From Gammaproteobacteria bacterium (GTDB lineage: Bacteria; Pseudomonadota; Gammaproteobacteria; Magnimaribacterales; D2472): a DNA stretch of 64,000 nucleotides. Positions 49,430 through 57,308 of this stretch are shown here, piece by piece. Where the stretch lies: assembly GCA_045564015.1 (NCBI GenBank), contig JBJLIB010000011.1, forward strand, positions 689-64,688, read 5' to 3'. A program made the translations under genes and the position numbers. The notes beneath the pieces are model-generated. The model worked only from the letters and a program-made list of their open reading frames with translations, did not search any database and was not told where the DNA came from. Positions within the stretch are counted from its first letter, which is position 1. The number at the start of each line of letters is the position of its first letter.

Positions 49430-50290
49430 CTATTTAAAGTATGAGATTATTCTAGCCGAACTCTTCTCACAGCTTGGACCCATCAGATGAACCCCATCAA
49501 TACATGGTAGATCCATAATTTTTTCTATCAACTCTTGGCAGATTGCTTCACCAGTTTCTGCTGGTGATCCACTATCCTCAAGGCGTTTAAGAATTTCATC
49601 AGAGATGTTTACACCCCATAAATTTTTACGCATCCAGTCACCCTGTTTAGCTGATTTTAAAGGCCCCATTCCGATTATAACTTTGCAATTTTTAAAGGAG
49701 CCTTGGGTGTTTAATTTTTCTGAATATTGTTTAATGACATCATAATCAAAACAATATTGAGTTTGAACAAAGCTTGCTCCCTGTTCTATTTTTGTAACTA
49801 ATTTATCTAGTGCATCTGGTTTTGAAATTTGAGTATACAAATCATCCGCAGCACCTGGGTAAATGGGTAATGGATTTTTGATTGCTGTACCGTCAGATAA
49901 AGCACCTCCTGCAATGACCTTGCATAACTTAATCAGCCCATTGCCATTAAATTCATTTACAACAGCTGGTCCATTCTCATCTGGCTGATCTCCACTTAAA
50001 CAAAGAACTTTATTGATGCCAACTGACAGCGCGCCTAATAACACTGACTCAAGGGCAATCTGATTTCTATCTCTTCCAGTTAGTTGCAAAATAACATCTA
50101 AACCGCTCCTTTTAATCTCTGAGGCAACTAACAAGCTATTCAAACGACTCTTGCAGTTTGGTGAATCTGTAACATTTACACCATCTGCAACACCAATAAG
50201 CTCTTCAACCTGTTGCACGCATGCTGTTAAATCAGTCGTTACATCAGGAGTCGTTTCTGAGGTAAATATAAAATCATTTGTGTTAAACAT
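49430..50290 (-). CDS. Methylenetetrahydrofolate reductase (MetF)-family protein
   Basis: TIM-barrel block order resembles MetF (TSETTPD, VNVTDSP, QLTGRD, CLSGDQ, TQYCFD, IGMGPL). The ATG at 50290 is preceded by AGGAGAAATAAAA, so the ORF-track TTG at 50311 was rejected. Confidence 0.6.
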   Translation of the reverse strand: MFNTNDFIFTSETTPDVTTDLTACVQQVEELIGVADGVNVTDSPNCKSRLNSLLVASEIKRSGLDVILQLTGRDRNQIALESVLLGALSVGINKVLCLSGDQPDENGPAVVNEFNGNGLIKLCKVIAGGALSDGTAIKNPLPIYPGAADDLYTQISKPDALDKLVTKIEQGASFVQTQYCFDYDVIKQYSEKLNTQGSFKNCKVIIGMGPLKSAKQGDWMRKNLWGVNISDEILKRLEDSGSPAETGEAICQELIEKIMDLPCIDGVHLMGPSCEKSSARIISYFK

Positions 50291-50389
50291 TTTTATTTCT
50301 CCTGCACTCAATAGTTATCACGGAAATATTTCGTGAATTCAAGTCTATTGATGCACTAAATATAATAATTGTTTCTGAGAAAAGCGCTA

Positions 50390-51649
50390 CTAATTAGGCA
50401 GCCTTGTAATATCTGCTCCAAGATATGATAACTTCTCCTCAATCCTTTCGTATCCCCTATCAATGTGATAGATACGGTCTACAATGGTCTCGCCCTTGGC
50501 ACACAACCCTGCCAAAATTAAGCTTGCAGATGCACGCAAATCTGTAGCCATTACCGGTGCTCCATTTAACGCATTAACTCCCTTGATAAATGCATTGCTT
50601 CCTTTAACTGTAATATCACAACCCATTCTATTTAACTCTTGCACATGCATAAATCTATTTTCAAATACATTTTCTGTAACAACTGATGAGCCCTCAGATA
50701 ATGCGTTTAAGACAGTAAATTGTGCTTGCATATCTGTTGGAAATCCTGGAAACGGAGCTGTTGAGATATCGACTGGCAAAATGGAATCATTTTCCATGAT
50801 CAATTGGATGGTATCATCGCCTACTATAACTGAAGCTCCGCTTAATTTTAATTTGTCTAAAATATTATTCATGCGAGGAGCCTGAACATTTGAAATGGTT
50901 ACATCACCACCAGTTATGGCTGCAGCAATTAAGTAAGTTCCAGCCTCTATCCTGTCAGCTGGAATTGAAAATTCCGTCCCATCTAGGTTCTCAACACCAT
51001 CAATGATAATTTCATCAGTTCCAGCTCCGATGATTTTAGCTCCCATTGAATTAAGAAAGTTTGCTAAATCTTCTACCTCAGGTTCTTTTGCAACATTTCT
51101 TAAAACAGTCTGACCTTTAGCAAGTACTGCAGCCATCATGATATTCTCTGTTCCAGTTACAGAAACTCCTGGAAAATTAATTTCGCACCCAATTAATTTT
51201 TTAGAAGTAGCTTCAATATAGCCATTTTTTAATTCAATTTTAGCTCCCAGTTTTTCTAGCGCATCCAAATGAAAATCTACTGGCCTAGTACCAATCGCGC
51301 AGCCCCCAGGGAGTGCAATTCTTGCGAATCCATGACGAGCTACAAGCGAACCAAGAACCAAAATTGAAGCACGCATGGTCTTGACTAGCTCATATCTAGC
51401 CTCATAGTCATGCAAATGAGATGTAGAAATAATGAAATCCATATTTTCATTTAAGGTTATATCAGCTCCCATGGAGCCTAAGATTTCAAACATAGTTGTA
51501 ATGTCTTGCAGGTAAGGTAAATTTTTGAAAGTGATGGGTTTGTCACTTAATATTGTTGCGGCCAACATTGGTAAGGCTGCATTTTTTGCACCAGAGCAAG
51601 AAATAGAACCTGAGAGTTTTTTACCACCAATAATCTTTAATTTTTCCAT
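50390..51649 (-). CDS. murA: UDP-N-acetylglucosamine 1-carboxyvinyltransferase
   Basis: Active-site Cys loop ALPGGCAIGTRPVDFHL and full-length MurA similarity. Confidence 0.97.
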   Translation of the reverse strand: MEKLKIIGGKKLSGSISCSGAKNAALPMLAATILSDKPITFKNLPYLQDITTMFEILGSMGADITLNENMDFIISTSHLHDYEARYELVKTMRASILVLGSLVARHGFARIALPGGCAIGTRPVDFHLDALEKLGAKIELKNGYIEATSKKLIGCEINFPGVSVTGTENIMMAAVLAKGQTVLRNVAKEPEVEDLANFLNSMGAKIIGAGTDEIIIDGVENLDGTEFSIPADRIEAGTYLIAAAITGGDVTISNVQAPRMNNILDKLKLSGASVIVGDDTIQLIMENDSILPVDISTAPFPGFPTDMQAQFTVLNALSEGSSVVTENVFENRFMHVQELNRMGCDITVKGSNAFIKGVNALNGAPVMATDLRASASLILAGLCAKGETIVDRIYHIDRGYERIEEKLSYLGADITRLPN

Positions 51650-51651
51650 GA

Positions 51652-51873
51652 TTATCCTATTTCAGATGGAGATTTTGTATTTAAACTCAGAGCATGAAGC
51701 TCACCTGTTTGAAATTGCTCTCTTAAAACGCCTAAAACCAACTTATGTCTTTGAAGAGAGGTTAAGCCCTCAAATTGTTTGCTCACAATCAAAACCTTTG
51801 AATTGCAATCCTCTCCATCAAAAGATATCTCAGCTTCTGGAAATTTTGATTTAAGAAAATTAGTTATGTCCAT
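51652..51873 (-). CDS. ibaG: BolA-family protein IbaG
   Basis: 73-aa BolA-like protein (LQRHKLV...HALSL) immediately upstream of murA, as ibaG/yrbA is in E. coli. Confidence 0.8.
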   Translation of the reverse strand: MDITNFLKSKFPEAEISFDGEDCNSKVLIVSKQFEGLTSLQRHKLVLGVLREQFQTGELHALSLNTKSPSEIG

Positions 51874-51894
51874 TTGATAATTTCTAGCAGGAGA

Positions 51895-52509
51895 TTAATC
51901 AAGATTAGCATCAGATGTCCAATGCTTTATGATCTCATCAATATTTTCATCATGCTCTTTTGCAAGAGCCTGGAATTGATTTCTAAAAGTTAGGCCTAAG
52001 TTCACTCCATTTACAATTATATTAATAATTAACCAATTTCCATTTTTATCTTTTCTTACTTTATAGGTTATTGGGTAAATGTTGCTAGAAGTAATTAAAT
52101 TTTGCTGGACATCCTCAGTTTTTTTAAACTCTGATACCTCTGGAAAAATGGTAATAATTTTTTGATCTCCCCATTGAGCCAAGGTTGAAGAATATGTATC
52201 AAGCAAAGAAGTTTTAAAAGACTGAATAAATTGAAGCCTTTGTGATGAAGAGGCAGCAAGATAATATTTTTTACCCATAACACTTGCACCAACCCTTCTA
52301 AAATCAACCATTGGTTCAAAAACTACATTAATCTTATCTTTAAATAACTCAGGATCTTTAGCATAAAGATCTTGATTATTCCTAATAATAGAAACCATTT
52401 CTTGTGCTTGGGAATCAACAAATTGGTGAGGGTTGGATGCGCTATCCACATTGATAGGAAAGCATAAAATTCCGAGCAAAAAAGCTAGAGATTTCAAAGT
52501 AGTATTCAT
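51895..52509 (-). CDS. mlaC: Periplasmic phospholipid-binding protein MlaC (Ttg2D family)
   Basis: Signal peptide. VDFRRVGASVMGKKYYLAASSSQRLQFIQSFKTSLLDTY is typical of MlaC. Lies upstream of ibaG-murA. Confidence 0.8.
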   Translation of the reverse strand: MNTTLKSLAFLLGILCFPINVDSASNPHQFVDSQAQEMVSIIRNNQDLYAKDPELFKDKINVVFEPMVDFRRVGASVMGKKYYLAASSSQRLQFIQSFKTSLLDTYSSTLAQWGDQKIITIFPEVSEFKKTEDVQQNLITSSNIYPITYKVRKDKNGNWLIINIIVNGVNLGLTFRNQFQALAKEHDENIDEIIKHWTSDANLD

Positions 52510-52548
52510 AAAGGTATTATAACATTAGTAAAAAACTATAAATGCAAT

Positions 52549-53523
52549 ATGAAAGATAAGAATTTTATCAACTCGGCTCTAAAGGTTATTGAAATAGAGT
52601 CAAAGGCTGTTAAGAGTTTAAGCAATCAGATACAGTCTGATTTTGATGATCTATGCACAAAAATTCTTGATACTAAAGGAAAATTAATTTTAATGGGGAT
52701 TGGTAAATCTGGTCATATAGCTCAAAAAATCTCAGCAACATTATCAAGCACCGGGACTTCATCATTTTTTATACATCCAACTGAAGCGGCTCATGGTGAT
52801 TTGGGGATGATCAGCAAGCAAGATGCTATCTTAATTTTATCTAACTCAGGAGAAACTAAGGAGATCATTGAAATTTTACCTGCATTAAAACGCTCAACTG
52901 CAAATATTTTTACGCTAACTAATAACAATCAATCAACTATCGCAAAGGCTGGAAAAATTAATTTAGTAATAAATGCAGATGAGGAAGCCTGCCCATTAGA
53001 TCTAGCTCCAACCTCATCAACTACAATTGCTTTGGTGTTTGGAGATGCGCTTGCAATAGCCTTGTTGGAAGCTCGAGGTTTCGGTAAAGATGATTTTGCA
53101 AAATCTCACCCAGCCGGACAACTTGGTAAAAAACTCACAACACTAGTTCAAGATTTAGCAGTAATGCATGAAAAAGCACCAGTGGTTGATCAAGCCACAT
53201 TTTTAAAAGATGCATTGATGGAGGTAACTGAAAAGAAGCTTGGGGTAACTTTGGTTACACATAATAAAAAAATTACTGGGATTTTTACGGATGGCGATCT
53301 AAGAAGATGCCTGAACAACGAAGTAGATTTAAATAAAACTCCTATTAAGGATGTCATGACTGCTAATTTTAAAAGTATTAAAAGCAATGCTCTTGCTATT
53401 GATGCTGCTGACATGATGGAAAAAAATAAAATTTTTAGCTTGGTTGTAAATTCCTCAACAACCAAAGGAGATAGCATAGGCCTTATTACCATGCATCAGC
53501 TACTAGAAGCAGGCATCATTTAA
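52549..53523 (+). CDS. kdsD: Arabinose-5-phosphate isomerase KdsD (SIS plus tandem CBS)
   Basis: GIGKSGHIAQKISATLSSTGTSSFFIHPTEAAHGDLGM. Confidence 0.93.
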   Translation: MKDKNFINSALKVIEIESKAVKSLSNQIQSDFDDLCTKILDTKGKLILMGIGKSGHIAQKISATLSSTGTSSFFIHPTEAAHGDLGMISKQDAILILSNSGETKEIIEILPALKRSTANIFTLTNNNQSTIAKAGKINLVINADEEACPLDLAPTSSTTIALVFGDALAIALLEARGFGKDDFAKSHPAGQLGKKLTTLVQDLAVMHEKAPVVDQATFLKDALMEVTEKKLGVTLVTHNKKITGIFTDGDLRRCLNNEVDLNKTPIKDVMTANFKSIKSNALAIDAADMMEKNKIFSLVVNSSTTKGDSIGLITMHQLLEAGII

Positions 53524-53533
53524 AATAAAGAAA

Positions 53534-53935
53534 ATGTCTAAAAGGTACAAAATTTTATCAATTATATTTGGATGTTTTTTTCTTCCTGTTTTAACTTCGG
53601 AAGAGAGTGTTAGCTTTCAAAATATTTCAATTCAAGCAGATCAAGTTACAATTGATGAAGAAATTAGGCAGTTAGCTTTTAAAAATAATATTAAGATAAT
53701 AATTGATGGATACATCATCAAAGGCTCCGATGCTCTCCTCAGTCAAAAAGACAAAAAATTGGAAATATATGGAAAGCCTGCAACTATTAAATCTAATGCT
53801 GTAAATGGTGAGGCTGAGATATTTGTTATATATCCAAATAAATCAATGGATTTAATTGGAAATGCAAAGCTCTTGAACAAAGGTAATTCAATAACATCTA
53901 ATCTTATTTCATATCAAATTAGTCCAAATGAATAA
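53534..53935 (+). CDS. lptA: LPS transport periplasmic protein LptA (short, 133 aa)
   Basis: Signal peptide and an OstA-like fold, with ISIQADQVTID and YGKPATIKS aligning to E. coli LptA IHIESDQQSLD and YGKPATFYQ. Immediately upstream of lptB. Confidence 0.7.
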   Translation: MSKRYKILSIIFGCFFLPVLTSEESVSFQNISIQADQVTIDEEIRQLAFKNNIKIIIDGYIIKGSDALLSQKDKKLEIYGKPATIKSNAVNGEAEIFVIYPNKSMDLIGNAKLLNKGNSITSNLISYQISPNE

Positions 53936-54653
53936 CGATCAAATAAGTCTAGCTAATATTGAAAAGACAATTGGCTCTAAAAAGATTCTTTCAGATGTTA
54001 GTTTCTCAATTGGCTCAAATGAGATTGTAGGTTTACTCGGTCCAAATGGAGCTGGTAAGACAACAGCTTTTTACATAGCAGCCGGCCTAATTTTTCCGGA
54101 TCAGGGCAGAGTGTTTATTAATAATAAAGATGTTACAGAAATACCTATGCACTCTCGAGCTAAACTTGGGCTAGGCTATTTACCTCAAGAAGCATCGATA
54201 TTTACAGATTTAAGTGTTGAAAATAATCTTTTGGGAATAGCAGAATTATCTAATAATGATAAAAATCAAACATTTGAAAAAGTAGCAAAAATTATCGATG
54301 AGTTTGATTTAAGCAAAATTCTTCAATTGAAGGGAAGAATGTTATCTGGTGGACAAAGGAGAAAAGTTGAGATAGCCCGTACTTTAATTTGTGAACCTAG
54401 TATTATCCTTCTAGATGAGCCTTTTGCTGGCATAGACCCAATTGCTGTTGAAGAAATCAAAGAATTGCTTAAAGCGATTTGTAAGAAAAATATTTCGATT
54501 TTAATAACTGATCATAATGTGAGAGAAACCTTAAGCTTATGCCATAAAGCTATTATCCTCAGTGAAGGAAGTATTATTGCTGAGGGTAATGAAAAAAGTT
54601 TAAAAGAGAATGGTCATGTGCGGCAGAAATATTTTGGCAAAATGTTTTCTTAA
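53928..54653 (+). CDS. lptB: LPS export ABC transporter ATPase LptB
   Basis: GPNGAGKTT, LSGGQRRKVEIAR and LLDEPFAGIDP. Confidence 0.95.
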   Translation: MNNDQISLANIEKTIGSKKILSDVSFSIGSNEIVGLLGPNGAGKTTAFYIAAGLIFPDQGRVFINNKDVTEIPMHSRAKLGLGYLPQEASIFTDLSVENNLLGIAELSNNDKNQTFEKVAKIIDEFDLSKILQLKGRMLSGGQRRKVEIARTLICEPSIILLDEPFAGIDPIAVEEIKELLKAICKKNISILITDHNVRETLSLCHKAIILSEGSIIAEGNEKSLKENGHVRQKYFGKMFS

Positions 54654-54656
54654 AAG

Positions 54657-55922
54657 ATGGCAATTAAGCTTGTAAGAGAATTTAAACAAAATCAACAGTT
54701 ATCAATAACTCCACAATTAAAAAAATCAATCGATCTTCTGCAGCTTTCAAGGCTTGAAATTATTAATAAAATTAACAATGAGATTGAAGAGAATCCTTTT
54801 CTTAAAAAGGATTTTGATAATGAGTCAACTTCAAGGTTTGATGATATGGATCTTTTAGAGAATTTGCCTAATGAATTAACTCTGCAAGATCATCTTGAAA
54901 GTCAATTGCATGATATCAAGCTTAGCGATACAGAAAAAAAAATTGCATTAGTAATTATTCAATCCCTAGAAGAAAATGGGTTGCTTCAAATAGATCTAGA
55001 TGAAATAGAGGAGCTGATGGATTACGCGTACTCTATACAAGAAATTAAAAATGTCTTAAATAATATAATTCATGATCTAGAACCGGCTGGAGTTGGCGCA
55101 AGAAATTTTAAAGAAACAATTTTTATACAATTAAAGAAACAGAAAATTCCAGTTGAGGAATTAGAAATTGCTAATAAAATTCTTTTTAATCCACAGTTTT
55201 CTAGCTTTGAAGATGCAAAAGCTCATTTGGCGACACATTACTCTGAAGATGCAATCGAATCAGTTCTTGAAAAAATAAAACAGTGCGATCTTTCACCTGG
55301 TTTAGAATTTGAATCCACGCATATTATCCAACCTGACTTAGAGATTGTTCCTGATAATAATCAAAATCTTAATGTCGAATTTAAACAAGATAACTTTCCT
55401 TTAATCAGCCTTGATGAAGATTTAGAAAAATTAGTTAAAAATAAAAAAAATGGAGCAAGTAAAGAATTAAAAGAAAAAATAGGAGAAGCAAAATGGTTGA
55501 TTAGGGCAATTAACAAAAGAAATGAAACTGTACAAAATGTAGGTACCTTAATTTGCAAAATACAGGCTGATTTTTTATCAAATAAATCTGCTGAATTAAA
55601 GCCTGTATCAAATATTGAGCTAGCGAAAGAGTTGAAGATTAGCGCATCAACCGTTTCTAGAATCTTAAGATCAAAATATATACAAACACCCAAAGGTGCT
55701 GTTTCCATGAAGTCACTGTTAGCTAGCTCTGTATCAAAAACTAGAAAAGTTACCCCAATGCAATTAATGGAAGAAATTGAAAAGATAGTTGCAGGGGAAA
55801 GAAAAAAATTAAGCGATCAAAAGATTTCAGATCTGCTTAATAAACGGGGATTTAATCTAGCTCGAAGAACAATCTCAAAATATAGAAAAAAAATAAATCT
55901 ACCAAGTTCAAGAAATAGATAA
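54657..55922 (+). CDS. rpoN: RNA polymerase sigma-54 factor
   Basis: N-terminal region I (QQLSITPQLKKSIDLLQLS), an HTH, and the RpoN box ARRTISKYR. 421 aa. Confidence 0.93.
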   Translation: MAIKLVREFKQNQQLSITPQLKKSIDLLQLSRLEIINKINNEIEENPFLKKDFDNESTSRFDDMDLLENLPNELTLQDHLESQLHDIKLSDTEKKIALVIIQSLEENGLLQIDLDEIEELMDYAYSIQEIKNVLNNIIHDLEPAGVGARNFKETIFIQLKKQKIPVEELEIANKILFNPQFSSFEDAKAHLATHYSEDAIESVLEKIKQCDLSPGLEFESTHIIQPDLEIVPDNNQNLNVEFKQDNFPLISLDEDLEKLVKNKKNGASKELKEKIGEAKWLIRAINKRNETVQNVGTLICKIQADFLSNKSAELKPVSNIELAKELKISASTVSRILRSKYIQTPKGAVSMKSLLASSVSKTRKVTPMQLMEEIEKIVAGERKKLSDQKISDLLNKRGFNLARRTISKYRKKINLPSSRNR

Positions 55923-55946
55923 TTCATAATCTGGTGAGTTAGAATT

Positions 55947-57308
55947 GTGAGTATGAAAGAGATTGCCCCTCACCACTTCTCGTCTGAAGATCTACTTAAA
56001 AGGATTCAGGGTCAAGAGGTTGAGCCCTCCATTAACCAAATTAAAAGAATTTTATCTGGCATGCATCCTTCTGAGGTAGCACACAGCATAGAATCTCTAC
56101 CACCTAAAGAAAGGAAATTTTTATGGTCACTGATTGATACTCAAGATGAGGGTGAGATCATTGCTGAGTTACATGATGAAATTCAACAAGAGCTTATCTC
56201 AGAAATTTCACCAGAAGAACTCATTACTATAATTGGTGACTTAGAGCTTGATGAAATTGTGGACATTCTTCAAATTCTTCCAAATCAAAAAACAGAAAAT
56301 ATTTTATCTGCAATGTCGCAAAGGGATAGGCAGAGAATTCAAGAAGCACTAGAATATCCTGAAGATTCAGCTGGTGGGTTAATGAACACTGATATTATAA
56401 GTGTTAGGCCAAAGCATAACCTAGAGGTTGTAATGAGGTATCTTCGGGCTCAACGAGAGTTACCAAAAAATACTGATCAAATCTTTGTTGTTTCAAGAGA
56501 AAATAAATACCTAGGCTCTTTGCCAATTTCTTTAATCGTTGTTTCAGATCCTGGCCTCAATGTAAGAGAACTCATGGAAACTGAAACTCAACCATTGGAC
56601 GCATATTTAAATGATAAAGATGTATCAAGATTATTTGAACAAAATGATTGGGTCTCAGCGCCAGTAGTTGATGATGAATCAAGATTGATTGGAAGAGTGA
56701 CCATTGATGATGTTGTTGATGTGATTATGGAAGATGCAGATCAAAATTTTCTTGGAATGGCTGGAGTGGCTGAGGACACATTTGCTGCGCCAGCAAGAGC
56801 GGCAAGAAGTAGAATTTTATGGCTATCGATCAATCTTCTAACAGCTTTCATAGCATCGATGACAATCAGCCTATTTCAAGCAACAATCGATGAGATAGTA
56901 TATTTAGCTATTCTAATGCCTATTGTTGCAAGTATGGGTGGAGTTGCTGGCACCCAAACTTTGACGATTATGATTCGAGGATTAACACTTCAACAAATCA
57001 ACCAATCGAATCTAAAATGGTTATATAAACGGGAAATAGCGGTATCAATCGTAAATGGAATCCTATTATCCATCTTAGTTGGTGGAATTACCTATCTCTG
57101 GTTTGATGACATGATCATTGCAACTCTTATTTGTATAGCTATGGTTACGAATTTAATATTTTCAGCGATTGCAGGTATTTTTATACCCATAATTTTAAGA
57201 AAATTTAATCAAGATCCAGCAATTGCTGGAAGCGTTGTTGTAACGACTGTGACAGATGTAATAGGTTTCTTCTCTTTTCTTGGTCTTGCTACTGTATTTC
57301 TTGTTTAA
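55947..57308 (+). CDS. mgtE: Magnesium transporter MgtE
   Basis: MgtE N-domain, a CBS pair, and a TM domain with PIVASMGGVAGTQT. GTG start at 55947 has GGTGAG 8 nt upstream; the alternative ATG is at 55953. Confidence 0.93.
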   Translation: MSMKEIAPHHFSSEDLLKRIQGQEVEPSINQIKRILSGMHPSEVAHSIESLPPKERKFLWSLIDTQDEGEIIAELHDEIQQELISEISPEELITIIGDLELDEIVDILQILPNQKTENILSAMSQRDRQRIQEALEYPEDSAGGLMNTDIISVRPKHNLEVVMRYLRAQRELPKNTDQIFVVSRENKYLGSLPISLIVVSDPGLNVRELMETETQPLDAYLNDKDVSRLFEQNDWVSAPVVDDESRLIGRVTIDDVVDVIMEDADQNFLGMAGVAEDTFAAPARAARSRILWLSINLLTAFIASMTISLFQATIDEIVYLAILMPIVASMGGVAGTQTLTIMIRGLTLQQINQSNLKWLYKREIAVSIVNGILLSILVGGITYLWFDDMIIATLICIAMVTNLIFSAIAGIFIPIILRKFNQDPAIAGSVVVTTVTDVIGFFSFLGLATVFLV

